Part shown: one piece after another, positions 1 through 10,020 of the stretch
Layout: each line of letters begins with the position of its first letter
Numbering within the stretch: the first letter of the stretch is position 1
NCBI GenBank assembly: GCA_963675745.2
Contig: CAXXWX010000002.1
Coordinates: 32,001 to 96,000 of the forward strand
Direction of reading: 5' to 3'
Origin: Phycisphaerae bacterium
GTDB taxonomy: Bacteria; Planctomycetota; Phycisphaerae; UBA1845; Fen-1342
DNA: 64,000 bases
Position numbers and translations under genes: made by a program
Notes under the pieces: model-generated
Told to the model about the DNA's origin: nothing
Seen by the model: only the letters and a program-made list of their open reading frames with translations
The model's database searches: none

Positions 1-16
1 CAGCGGCGAATGCTCC

Positions 17-143
17 GTACAGGCCTGCGCCTCGCAGGCCGTAGTATTTGTGGGACGGGTTTCCAATCGGTCATTCCGACAATAGTGGTGCCGTCGGTGG
101 GTCGTCCGGCGGTCCGACGGCCTGCGGGGCGCAGGCCGCTACA
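17..143. repeat. REP-like inverted doublet (hairpin GGCCTGCG-nnn-CGCAGGCC with a GTAG/CTAC foot)
   Basis: 17-42 gtacaggcctgcgcctcgcaggccgt and 117-143 acggcctgcggggcgcaggccgctaca are inverted copies; the same motif recurs at 3008-3088. Confidence 0.6.
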
Positions 144-166
144 TTGTGTTGCCACCTCGCGGGCCG

Positions 167-1042
167 CTACATTGTTCCGTCCGGCTCATCCTTGGCCAGC
201 TTCTCTCGCTCGGGCTCAAGCAGGAAATCGTCGTCGGTCAGCTCCACGGCGGAGTTCACGTCTTCGTAGTAATACGCCGCGTGCAGACTGTCGTCGGGGT
301 ACTTCAGCTCAGTGCCCACCGGCAGGCCCATGTGTACGTCAATGTACAGCTCCTGAATTGGGACGCGTTTAAGCGCCGGCGGGCAGCTCAGCCGGATGTG
401 GTGAACAGGCCGGCTTGTGCCGGGCATCTGGACCAACCCGCGATACTCCACAGCGGCGTCACTACCCAACTCCGCCAGCGAGTCCAGCGTTCGCTGCATC
501 AGCCGTTCGAGCCCGAAATCGGTCAGCGGCCGCAGCGACTCCCCCCAGAACACGGGCGTCTGGAGATCGACGACGTTGATCCCGGGCCGTGGCAGCAGCG
601 GCGGTGTCCACCATCGCGTCAGAAAACGCACCTTGTCCCGGTACTCCCCGGCCACGTAGGCCGACTCGTAGTACTTCAAGTCCTCGTTGTCCCACTTCAA
701 GCGCACGCTGAATGGGTCGCGACGGAACCAGGCGTTGATGTGCTCGGGCCCCTGCAAGGTGCGCAGTAGACCGCGCCGCTCGTAGCGCGTGAATTTCAGC
801 GTGTATTGCTGGAGTCCGCGGCATCGCTCGGCCACCGTGTGCAGATACGCCGTAGGATCCTGCCGCACCTGCTCCGCCAGCCGGTCGATCTCGACGTCGG
901 CGGCGGCCGTCGTGACGCCGGGCCGCGGCGTGAACTCCTGTCTCCGCGCGCAGCCGGCCAGCGCGGCCGCCATCCCGACAACACAAAACACTGCGCAATA
1001 GCTGGTGAGATTCCGCCGATTCACGTGGTCCATCCTTGCCAT
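167..1042 (-). CDS. DUF1571-like exported lipoprotein
   Basis: Lipobox-like LAGC after a hydrophobic stretch; YTLKFTRYERRG, FRRDPFSVRLKW, PLTDFGLERL, YYYEDVN..LTDDDF resemble planctomycete DUF1571 proteins; start uncertain. Confidence 0.6.
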   Translation of the reverse strand: MARMDHVNRRNLTSYCAVFCVVGMAAALAGCARRQEFTPRPGVTTAAADVEIDRLAEQVRQDPTAYLHTVAERCRGLQQYTLKFTRYERRGLLRTLQGPEHINAWFRRDPFSVRLKWDNEDLKYYESAYVAGEYRDKVRFLTRWWTPPLLPRPGINVVDLQTPVFWGESLRPLTDFGLERLMQRTLDSLAELGSDAAVEYRGLVQMPGTSRPVHHIRLSCPPALKRVPIQELYIDVHMGLPVGTELKYPDDSLHAAYYYEDVNSAVELTDDDFLLEPEREKLAKDEPDGTM

Positions 1043-1204
1043 CGTCCTCGCCTCATTCGCCCACGGCGTTGATGTCGATATTCTAGACACAGCGAGCGTG
1101 GCTGTCTTGGGATAGCAGTCTGGACAATCGAGTGGCGGCACTCCGGACTGCGCTGGCCGAAGTCACAACGCGGGCTACAATGGCGGACATTCAGGAGAGC
1201 ACAC

Positions 1205-1975
1205 ATGAACATTGTTCGCGAACCGCGCGTTTACCTCGTTGGGCGTCAAAACGCCAACCAATCCGCCATTGACCGCTTCGTCAGCGACTGCGGTATGGCC
1301 TGGGAAACCGACACAGAGGCCGGGGCCGAGACACTGTGCGAGGTCGCCGGCCGGGTCTGCTACATGTCGTTCGGCAAGGGGCGCAAGACCAACCAGGAAT
1401 ACCTGGGCAATATCATCGAAATGCGCCATGGGTCGGTGCTGGAACACGCCGTCTGGAATTTCGTGATCACCGGCGTTTCACGCTCATTCACGCATGAGCT
1501 TGTGCGGCACCGCGCGGGGTTCGGCTTCTCGCAGCTATCCCAACGCTACGTCGACGAGAGCACGGCGGACTTCATCGAACCCGATTGTATCGCCGAAGAT
1601 CCCGAACTCCACACGGTGTGGGAAGAGTCCGTGCGGCAGTCGCACCAGGCGTATTGCAGGCTGGTTGAGGGTTTGCAGGCCAAGTTCGCGGATGTCGAGC
1701 CGGCCACGCAGCGCCGCAAACTGGCCCGGCAGGCCGCGCGCAGTGTGTTGCCGAACGCGACGGAGACGAAGATCTTCGTAACCGCCAACGGCCGCGCGTG
1801 GCGCCATTTCATCGAGGCCCGCGCTAACGAGTACGCCGAGGTCGAGATCCGCCGAGTCGCCATCCTGATTCTCCGTGAGTTGCAGAAGGACTCCACGGCG
1901 TTGTTCGGCGACTATGAGATTCTCCCGCTTGGCGATGGCACCGAGATCGCAAGGACCGAATACCGGAAGGTGTAG
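1205..1975 (+). CDS. thyX: FAD-dependent thymidylate synthase
   Basis: AGRVCYMS, HGSVLEH, SRSFTHELVRHRAGFGFSQLSQRY (ThyX motif), ARSVLPNATET; RBS GGAG. Confidence 0.97.
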   Translation: MNIVREPRVYLVGRQNANQSAIDRFVSDCGMAWETDTEAGAETLCEVAGRVCYMSFGKGRKTNQEYLGNIIEMRHGSVLEHAVWNFVITGVSRSFTHELVRHRAGFGFSQLSQRYVDESTADFIEPDCIAEDPELHTVWEESVRQSHQAYCRLVEGLQAKFADVEPATQRRKLARQAARSVLPNATETKIFVTANGRAWRHFIEARANEYAEVEIRRVAILILRELQKDSTALFGDYEILPLGDGTEIARTEYRKV

Positions 1976-2027
1976 TGCCCGCCGCGGCCGTCAGCGGCGC
2001 GACCCCGTCAACCTGTGGGAGGCTCCC

Positions 2028-2876
2028 ATGTCGCTCACGTTCACGAAAATGCACGCGCTGGGCAATGACTACGTCTATGTCGATCTCTCGAAACAGAGCG
2101 TGGCCGACCCCGAGGGGTTGGCGCGCGCGATCAGCGATCGCCACCGCGGCGTCGGCAGCGACGGCCTGATCCTGATCGCGCCCGTAGCCGCCACCGGCGC
2201 TCACGTGCGAATGACCGTGCACAACGCCGACGGCTCACGCGCTCTGATGTGCGGCAACGGCGCCCGCTGCGTCGCCAAGTACGCCTATGAGCACGGGCTG
2301 GCACATGAGAACCCCGTGAAGATCATAACCGACGGCGGCGTGGTCTCCGCACACCTTGTTACTGACGCCGCCGACCGGGTCACCGAGGCCCGCGTGAGCA
2401 TGGGCGAGCCGATCCTGGACCCCCGGAGCATTCCGGTTCGCATCGGCGGCGAGCACGCCATCTCCACACTGATCGAGGCTTGCGGCAAGCAGTTCGCCAT
2501 GACCTGCGTCTCGATGGGCAATCCCCACGCGGTCGTGTTCCGGCAGCAGCTCGAGGGCGTCCCGCTGGATGAATGGGGGCCGGCGTTCGAGCAGCATCCG
2601 CTCTTCCCGGAACGCACCAACGTGCACTTCGCACGGATCCTCAGCCGCGATTCGGTCGCGATGATAACCTGGGAGCGCGGCAGCGGCATCACGCAAGCCT
2701 GTGGCAGCGGGGCCTGTGCCGTGTGCGTGGCCGGCGTGCTCAACAAGCTGCTGGATCGAAAGGCCACCGTAATGCTGCCCGGCGGCCGGCTCATGATCGA
2801 GTGGGAGGAAAACACCAACGAAGTCTACATGACCGGCCCGGCCACGGAGGTGTTCACGGGCGCGTGGCCGATGTAG
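2028..2876 (+). CDS. dapF: diaminopimelate epimerase
   Basis: FTKMHALGNDY, NADGS..MCGNG, SMGNPH, WERGSG.TQACGSGA; RBS GGAGG before ATG 2028. Confidence 0.97.
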   Translation: MSLTFTKMHALGNDYVYVDLSKQSVADPEGLARAISDRHRGVGSDGLILIAPVAATGAHVRMTVHNADGSRALMCGNGARCVAKYAYEHGLAHENPVKIITDGGVVSAHLVTDAADRVTEARVSMGEPILDPRSIPVRIGGEHAISTLIEACGKQFAMTCVSMGNPHAVVFRQQLEGVPLDEWGPAFEQHPLFPERTNVHFARILSRDSVAMITWERGSGITQACGSGACAVCVAGVLNKLLDRKATVMLPGGRLMIEWEENTNEVYMTGPATEVFTGAWPM

Positions 2877-3007
2877 GTTCGTGGCCGGACTGCGCAAACA
2901 TGTGAACGGCGGTAAGGAAGCTCAGGCCGCGCGCTCAATCATCAACCAGGGATCGCTTGGCGTGTGCTGGCCACGCCAACTCGATTCAAAAGTGGCGTCC
3001 CCCCCAC

Positions 3008-3088
3008 GTAACGGCCTGCGCCCCGCAGGCCGCATGACGCAGGTGACGTCTTCGACCACCAACGGCCGGCGAGGCGCCGGCCGCTACA
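3008..3088. repeat. REP-like inverted doublet, same family as 17-143
   Basis: gtaacggcctgcgccccgcaggccgc (3008-3033) and acggccggcgaggcgccggccgctaca (3062-3088), between convergent genes. Confidence 0.6.
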
Positions 3089-3143
3089 GTGGAAACCCTC
3101 TCTAGCGCCGACGGCACGCTGGCCGCGACAGATGAGGCATGCG

Positions 3144-4355
3144 TTATCGCCGGCGAGGATGCCGGCGATCGGTTGACTGCTTGGTCGGCAGAGCCCGCGA
3201 TCCAAAGGGCGATCGGCTGGTGCTTGATCGGAACGAGCGCGATGAGCTTCTCGCGTTGTCGGGACGGCCAAAGCGCGTGTGCGACCGCGTGATCGTCGGT
3301 CGGCTTGATCCGGTTGCGGAGTGCGACGTGCCGAAGCGGCTCGATCCGCTGCGCCCGCGCTCAGCCGACGGGCGAGTACCGCGGCTCTGGGATGAGCGGT
3401 GGGCGGAGCTGTCGCGCTGACCGTGCGAGGAGCGGTTCGGCGACGGCGTTCGCATGAAGGACTGCCGGTGTGAGCTTTGCGGTTGTTGGATCGAGGGTCG
3501 CCCGGAGCGGTGCCCGCTCGCCGCTCCCGAGCGGTGGTGTGGCGGCGACGTCCGCTGGAGCGAGTGACCTGCCGGCGGCGTGTAGCTGCGCCCGCTCGAA
3601 GCCCGCCCGCTATGCCTGAACTGGGTAACGCCCGCCGGACGTCGCGCTGTGGTCGAACGGTGCACAACCGTCGGCCGGCGAATCGTCGTCGAATGATAAA
3701 CGGCCGGCGACCGCCTGACGTAGCTGTGTCCACTCCGAATTCCGATCGAACGCCCCACATGATGTTGACGGTAACACACGTAACCCGACCGGCGGACCGT
3801 CACGCCGCGGTGGTAGCGCGGTACCCAGTAACTGCCGACGCCAACCGCGATCGACACGTGTGACGAACGGGATGGGGTGTCGTACACGACGTAGCCGTCA
3901 CGCTCGTAATAGCCCGCGAACTTGGCGCGCGTGCGACGCATGGCCAACGGATAATCACCGGCATCGGCATAGACGGCCCCCACCGCTTCCAGCCGATCCA
4001 CTGGCAGGCGCGATGCGTCAGATACTGCGAACACGAGACGATCCTTAAACTCGACGTCATCGTCGTCGTAGTCGGTGGGACTGTCGAGCGGCAGGACGAA
4101 CTGGACGGGTTGCGCGGCGTCGTTGGCCACGACCAGGCCGTCGTGCTCGATTGTGACCACGAACTCCAGCGGTCCGAAACGCCGGTAATGTTCGACTTCG
4201 ATCTCGTAGTCGATCTCGAAGAGCCAGCCGGTCGCATCGCGTTCCACGCGCACGTTGAGTTCGTCTATATCGATATCATCCCCGGCGCCGACGAACCCGA
4301 CAACGCCCAGGACCGATATGATCGCCGCCAAGCGGGTTGGAAAGCCCTTTCTCAT
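3144..4355 (-). CDS. secreted hypothetical protein with an acidic N-terminal domain and an Arg/Ser/His-rich disordered tail
   Basis: Signal peptide MRKGFPTRLAAIISVLGVVGFVGA, RBS AAAGGCGG, low-complexity C-terminal half. Confidence 0.7.
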   Translation of the reverse strand: MRKGFPTRLAAIISVLGVVGFVGAGDDIDIDELNVRVERDATGWLFEIDYEIEVEHYRRFGPLEFVVTIEHDGLVVANDAAQPVQFVLPLDSPTDYDDDDVEFKDRLVFAVSDASRLPVDRLEAVGAVYADAGDYPLAMRRTRAKFAGYYERDGYVVYDTPSRSSHVSIAVGVGSYWVPRYHRGVTVRRSGYVCYRQHHVGRSIGIRSGHSYVRRSPAVYHSTTIRRPTVVHRSTTARRPAGVTQFRHSGRASSGRSYTPPAGHSLQRTSPPHHRSGAASGHRSGRPSIQQPQSSHRQSFMRTPSPNRSSHGQRDSSAHRSSQSRGTRPSAERGRSGSSRFGTSHSATGSSRPTITRSHTRFGRPDNARSSSRSFRSSTSRSPFGSRALPTKQSTDRRHPRRR

Positions 4356-4498
4356 GGTGTCACCGCCTTTCATTGCTGTAGGACACGCGTCCAGCCGCGA
4401 AGTTAGTCGCATCGCGGCGTGCGTGTACCGTATGGACGGCCCGGTCCGGGTGACTATTCAATCTTATTAGCTGTTCTTACGAACGCGTCGGATCGGCC

Positions 4499-6772
4499 TT
4501 AGTTCGGCCGCTGCACAACCAGGCTCAGCCCGACGTCAATGCCCTGGCCTCCGCCGGTCTGGTGGCAATGCACCGCCAGCGTATTCTCGCCCGGTTTCAA
4601 CGCGGCACGTGCCTCCGGCGCTATGTCCACCAGCCCGTGCGTCACGACCCATCCCGTGAGCGATGCCGCCGGCACGCCGTTGATGTACACCTCGGCGTCT
4701 TCATCGTGATAGATGTTCAGCCGCAGATCGCCGTGGGGAACCTGGCTGACGCGGAATTGGCGGCGCAGCCAGATGTCCGATGTCGTCCACGCGGTGCCGA
4801 GTCGAACACCGGGCGTGCCTTCCGTACCGAACATCCCCTCGCCGGTCAGCCAGGCGGAATCATCATAATCCGGCTGGGTCCAGTCGCCGCTCGGCCAGTC
4901 AGTCGTGTAACGCCAGGTCTGCGGCGTCTTCTCCGACGTCGGGATTACTTCACGAATCTCGGGCGGCGGCAGGTAGAGCCGCCCGTGCAGTTCGGCCAGC
5001 GGTGCCACCTCGAACTTCAAAACCTCGCGGTCATAGGTCATCAGCCCGTTGACCTCGCCCTCGACATCGCTGGTCTGGGTGTAAACCGCGGCGGAAAGCC
5101 CCTGGCCGATCAGCGGCAGTATCCGGCTGACCACGCGCAGGTAGTTCTGTTGCAGCTCGGCCTGGGAGGTGTACGTGCGGTAGCCCCAGTTCTTCTTGTC
5201 CCACCACAGGTGGCCCGCGACCGGCCAGCCCAAGCCCCCGAACTCGCCCAGCACCGAGGCGCGCGTTTGCTCCGGCGGGCGCATGGCGGGGCCCGGATAG
5301 GAGTGTACGTCGATCACGTCACCGACGCCGCGATCCGTCCAGCCGCTGGCGCTGTTGACCAAGCGTGTCGGGTCGTACTGCCGGGTCCAGTCGGCAATGC
5401 GCCCGGTATCCCACTGGCCCCAGCCCTCGTTGTAGGTGACCCACATGACGATCGACGGGTGATTCCGCAGCGCGTCGATCATCGCCTTGAGCTCGCGCTG
5501 GAAGTTGGCGGCCGACTCGGGTGTACGCGTGATGTCCGGATCGTTGCCGCCGATATACCGGTCACCGCTCGGCATGTCCTGCCAGACGAGCAGCCCCAGA
5601 CGGTCGCAGTGGTAGTAGAGCCGCGCCGGCTCGACCTTGACGTGCTTGCGCAACATGTTCATGCCCAGTTTCTTGAGCACTTCCAGGTCATACCGCAGCG
5701 CTGCGTCACTTGGCGCGGTGTAGAGCCCGTCCGGCCACCAGCCCTGATCCAGCGGCCCGAACTGGAACAGCGGCCGCCCGTTCAGCAACAGACGCGTGTG
5801 ACCGGCGTGCTTGCCGAGCGCGATCTGGCGCAGGCCGAAGTAGGACTGCACGGCGTCGACCGTGGCGCCGTTATCGAGCAGGCTCACTTTCAGATCGTAC
5901 AGATGCGGCGAACTCGGCGACCAGGGCTTGGCGTCCGGGATCTTGATGGCCACGGCCTCGCCCGCGGCGGAGTCAGCGAACGCGACGAGGCTGCCGCCAT
6001 CCAGAACCTCGACGCGCGTCCGCTTGCCACCGGTGACGTCCGCCGCCACTACAACTTCTGATTGATCGAAGACCGGCGTGATCTTCAAGCCGCGGATGTA
6101 ACCTCGTGGCACCGGTTCGAGCCAAACGGTCTGCCAGATGCCGGTGACGGCCGTGTACCAGATGCCCTCGGGCTTGAGGACTTGCTTGCCGCGCGGCTGC
6201 CAGCGCTGGTCGGTCGGATCGGTCACCTTCACGACCAGCGTCTGCGCGGCGTCAGGCAAAAGCGCATCGGTAATGTCGAAGCTGAACGGATCGTAGCCGC
6301 CCTGGTGGTTACCAAGGTGTGTGCCATTCACCCAGACGTCAGCAGACCAGTCAACGGCCCCGAAGTGCAGCAAGACGCGCTGCCCCTTCCACTCCGACGG
6401 AACCTCGAAAGTCCGCCGATACCACAGCGCCTGGTCGTGGCTGACTGGCTTCTTGACGCCGGAAAGCGCCGATTCGACACAAAACGGCACGAGAATCTGC
6501 CCGTCGTGTGATTCTGGGGCATTCGCGACCGCCGCCGATGTGATGGCATAGTCCCACAACCCGTTCAGGTTCAGCCACTTCGACCGCACCATCTGGGGCC
6601 GCGGATAGTCCGGCCAGACGTTTTCGGGGGTGACGTCCGCCGCCCAACGCGTCAGCAGTTGCCCGTCCACGGGCTTCCAGTCGCCGGCCCCGTTGGCAAG
6701 CCCGGCGCCGGTCATGCCTGCAGTTGCCAGAATCGCCATGTAAACCAGTGCGTTCGGTATTCCCTGGTGCAT
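4499..6772 (-). CDS. glycoside hydrolase family 2 (beta-galactosidase-like), secreted, with a C-terminal galactose-binding-like domain
   Basis: YPRPQMVR..WLNLNGLW, LHFGAVDW, GPLDQGWWPDG, RKHVKVE, NHPSI..W..YNEGWGQ, LGEFGG, DVEGEVNG. Confidence 0.92.
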   Translation of the reverse strand: MHQGIPNALVYMAILATAGMTGAGLANGAGDWKPVDGQLLTRWAADVTPENVWPDYPRPQMVRSKWLNLNGLWDYAITSAAVANAPESHDGQILVPFCVESALSGVKKPVSHDQALWYRRTFEVPSEWKGQRVLLHFGAVDWSADVWVNGTHLGNHQGGYDPFSFDITDALLPDAAQTLVVKVTDPTDQRWQPRGKQVLKPEGIWYTAVTGIWQTVWLEPVPRGYIRGLKITPVFDQSEVVVAADVTGGKRTRVEVLDGGSLVAFADSAAGEAVAIKIPDAKPWSPSSPHLYDLKVSLLDNGATVDAVQSYFGLRQIALGKHAGHTRLLLNGRPLFQFGPLDQGWWPDGLYTAPSDAALRYDLEVLKKLGMNMLRKHVKVEPARLYYHCDRLGLLVWQDMPSGDRYIGGNDPDITRTPESAANFQRELKAMIDALRNHPSIVMWVTYNEGWGQWDTGRIADWTRQYDPTRLVNSASGWTDRGVGDVIDVHSYPGPAMRPPEQTRASVLGEFGGLGWPVAGHLWWDKKNWGYRTYTSQAELQQNYLRVVSRILPLIGQGLSAAVYTQTSDVEGEVNGLMTYDREVLKFEVAPLAELHGRLYLPPPEIREVIPTSEKTPQTWRYTTDWPSGDWTQPDYDDSAWLTGEGMFGTEGTPGVRLGTAWTTSDIWLRRQFRVSQVPHGDLRLNIYHDEDAEVYINGVPAASLTGWVVTHGLVDIAPEARAALKPGENTLAVHCHQTGGGQGIDVGLSLVVQRPN

Positions 6773-6967
6773 ACGCAACTCCCTGGTTGGCGGCAAACGG
6801 TCATGTACGCCTGCCGGTGGTTACGCAGGTCCATCATTCGCTCCCGCTGTGATGGAGAATAGGCGCAAACGAGGCCTGGGGGGTAGTATATTGTGGGTCG
6901 ATTTGCCCGGCGGCGCAACCGGGCCAGTTTGTCTGGAGAATCCGGGCCTACGCCCAGGGAGCCAGCC

Positions 6968-8277
6968 GTGAGCACAAGTGGGCTGCCGGCCAATCCGACC
7001 AACGATCCGGCGCTACGGTCGTTTGTTCCAGTCGCCGCGGCATCACACTTCCCGATTCAGAATCTCCCTTACGGGGTCTTTCGCACGACGGGTTTGACGA
7101 CCCCACGCGTCGGCGTTGCCATTGGTGACAGCGTGTCTGGATCTTGCGGCGCTCGAGCACCGTGGTTTCTTCGCCGACACGCTCAGAACGGCTGAGCCGC
7201 TATTCGACCAGCCGAGCCTCAACCGGTTCATGGGGCTGGGCCGGAACACCTGGCGTAGCGTCCGGGCGCTGGTCAGCCGGCTGCTGCGCGAGGATGAACC
7301 CACATTGCGCGATGACGCGGCATCTCCGGACGGCGGTGCTGATACCACGTGGGCAGGTCGAGCTGCAAATGCCCGTGCAGGTGGGCGACTACACGGATTT
7401 CTATTCCTCCCGCGAGCACGCCACCAACGTCGGTACGATGTTCCGCGGAAAAGACAACGCCCTGACGCCGAACTATCTCTGGATGCCCATCGCCTATCAC
7501 GGGCGTGCCAGCTCGCTGGTGCTGAGCGGGACCGACCTCCACCGCCCCACCGGCCAGGCCAGGGCCGCCCACGCGGATGCTCCCCGCTTTGGCCCCAGTC
7601 GGGCGGTGGACTTCGAGCTGGAGATGGGCTTTTTCATCGGGCCGGGCAATGAACTCGGGCGCCCGATTCCCACGGAGGCGGTGGCAGAGCACATCTTCGG
7701 GATGGTGCTGGTGAATGACTGGAGCGCCCGTGATGTTCAAAGCTGGGAGTATGCGCCGCTCGGGCCGTTTCTCGCCAAGAACTTCGGCACATCGATCTCC
7801 CCGTGGGTGGTCACGATGGAAGCGCTGGAGCCGTTTCGCTGTGCCGGGCCGTCGCAGGACCCGCCGCCGCTCGCGTATCTCCGCACCGCCGGCGACCAGG
7901 CTATCGATATTCACCTGGAGGTCAGCCTTCAGAGCGCCGGGATGGAAGCCCCCCACACGATCTGCCGCTCCAACTTCAAACACCTCTACTGGAACATGGC
8001 ACAACAACTGGCTCATCACACCATCACCGGCTGCAACGTTCGACCCGGTGATCTGCTGGCCTCCGGCACGATCAGCGGCCCGCTTCCGGAATCGTACGGC
8101 AGCCTGCTCGAACTGACCTGGCAGGGCCGGCGGCCGCTGGATTTGCCAAGCGGTGAAAGAAGAGGCTTCATCGAGGACGGCGACCACGTCACTATCACCG
8201 GTTGGTGCCAGGGCCCCGACTACCGCGTTGGGTTCGGCGAGGTCACCGGTCGCGTGCTGCCTCCCGTGGCTGAATAG
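6968..8277 (+). CDS. fahA: fumarylacetoacetase, interrupted by two +1 frameshifts (~7136, ~7320)
   Basis: Pieces in three frames: [19 protein letters not shown] / [15 protein letters not shown] / [48 protein letters not shown]. Confidence 0.92.
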
Positions 8278-8440
8278 CGGAAGCCGGCCGGCGCGCCTGT
8301 CCGCGGCCCGCCTCAGACAGCAAACTTGCCGACACGCCTACCCCCCACAATAATCCAGCACGAGCACTTCGGCGCCGCTGCCGGAAGTTGAGGCAGTGGG
8401 CGTCAGGTGGCGCAACCAGTAAGACACAGGAGACAATCGC

Positions 8441-9538
8441 ATGCCCGATCCCGACGCGCTTTCCCTGCTGGGATATGACCACGTCGAGCTGTTCGTGGGG
8501 AATGCCAAGCAAGCCGCTTACTTTTACCACAAGGTCTTCGGGTTCAAGCCGTTGGCCAAGGCCGGACTCGAAACCGGTGTGCGCGATCGGGCGAGCTACG
8601 TGATGCAGCAGGGCAGCATTCGTATCGTGCTGAGCAGTGCGCTGGGGCCTGACCACGAGATCGCGCGCCATTGCGCGCTCCACGGTGACGGGGTCAAGGC
8701 GATCGCGCTGGAAGTCGCCGACGTCGAGCGGACCATGCGCGAGGTCAAGGCGCGCGGGGCCACCGTGTTGCAGCCCGCCACCGCGATCGAGAACGAACAG
8801 GGCGTCTTCAAGACTGGGGCGGTGCATTACACCGGGGACATCGTATTCAGATTCGTTCAGCGCAAGGAGTTTCATGGGACGTTCGCGCCCGGCTTCCAGC
8901 CCATCGACGCACACACCTGCGAGCCGATCGGCCTGTCCGCGATCGATCATGTCGTGACCAACACTTACCTGGGCGAAATGGACGTTTGCGCCGACTGGTA
9001 CAGGCGCGTGCTGGGCTTCTCGCAGTTGGCGCACTTCACCGATGAGGATATCAGCACCGAATACAGCGCGCTGATGAGCAAAGTGATGCAGGACCGAACC
9101 GGCGCGTGCAAATTCCCCATCAACGAACCCGCCGAAGGACGCCGAAAGTCGCAGATCGATGAATACCTGGACTTCTATCATGGTCCCGGCATTCAGCACG
9201 TCGCGATGAGCACGCCGGACATCTGCCAGGCCGTGCGGATGCTCCGCACGCGTGACATTGACTTCCTGCGCGTGCCCGATGCCTACTACGACGATCTGGA
9301 GGACCGTGTCGGGAAGATCGACGAGGACATATCTGAGCTGCGCGAGCTGGGCATACTCGTTGATCGTGATGATGACGGATACCTGTTGCAGGTCTTCACG
9401 CAACCGGTGCAGGACCGGCCGACACTGTTCTTCGAGGTAATCGAACGCCACGGCTCGCGCGGCTTCGGCGTCGGAAACTTCAAGGCCCTGTTTGTCTCCC
9501 TGGAGCGTGAACAGGACAGGCGAGGGAATCTGGCGTAA
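8441..9538 (+). CDS. hppD: 4-hydroxyphenylpyruvate dioxygenase
   Basis: HGDGVK, IDHVV, PINEP, SQIDEYL, GPGIQHVA, LLQVFT, FFEVIER.GSRGFG.GNFKALF. Confidence 0.97.
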   Translation: MPDPDALSLLGYDHVELFVGNAKQAAYFYHKVFGFKPLAKAGLETGVRDRASYVMQQGSIRIVLSSALGPDHEIARHCALHGDGVKAIALEVADVERTMREVKARGATVLQPATAIENEQGVFKTGAVHYTGDIVFRFVQRKEFHGTFAPGFQPIDAHTCEPIGLSAIDHVVTNTYLGEMDVCADWYRRVLGFSQLAHFTDEDISTEYSALMSKVMQDRTGACKFPINEPAEGRRKSQIDEYLDFYHGPGIQHVAMSTPDICQAVRMLRTRDIDFLRVPDAYYDDLEDRVGKIDEDISELRELGILVDRDDDGYLLQVFTQPVQDRPTLFFEVIERHGSRGFGVGNFKALFVSLEREQDRRGNLA

Positions 9539-9625
9539 CTGTCTCGGCGGCGTGCCCGGCCCGCGTCACACATTTACGGCAAAACGACTGACCCGCCGGC
9601 GCGCGCGGGGAGAGGATAGCGGCCC

Positions 9626-9976
9626 ATGACCCACGGCGAACCTGCCTGCGACTTGAGCAAACGGACCTGTGTTCCGTGCAGGGGCGGCGTGCCAGCTTTG
9701 CGCGGCGCTCAGATCACGCCACTGCACAAGCAGCTAACGGGCTGGGATGTGATCGATGAAAGCCGCCTCGCCAAGAGCTACAGTTTCCCGGACTTTGTCA
9801 CGGCCCTGGCGTTTGTAAATCGCATCGGCGACCTCGCCGAACAGCAGGGCCATCACCCCGATATCTGCCTGGCTTGGGGGCGGGTGGACATCACCATCTG
9901 GACGCACAAGATCAACGGCCTGACGGAAAGCGACTTCGTACTGGCCGCGAAGATCGACGAATTGCCCGGGGAATAA
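9626..9976 (+). CDS. phhB: pterin-4-alpha-carbinolamine dehydratase
   Basis: CVPC.GG, AEQQGHHPDI, WTHKINGLTESDFVLAAKID; sits in the phhA cluster. Confidence 0.95.
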   Translation: MTHGEPACDLSKRTCVPCRGGVPALRGAQITPLHKQLTGWDVIDESRLAKSYSFPDFVTALAFVNRIGDLAEQQGHHPDICLAWGRVDITIWTHKINGLTESDFVLAAKIDELPGE

Positions 9977-10020
9977 GGGCGCCCATCTGGTCAACGCATT
10001 GCGCGGGGCACGCGCGCGAC

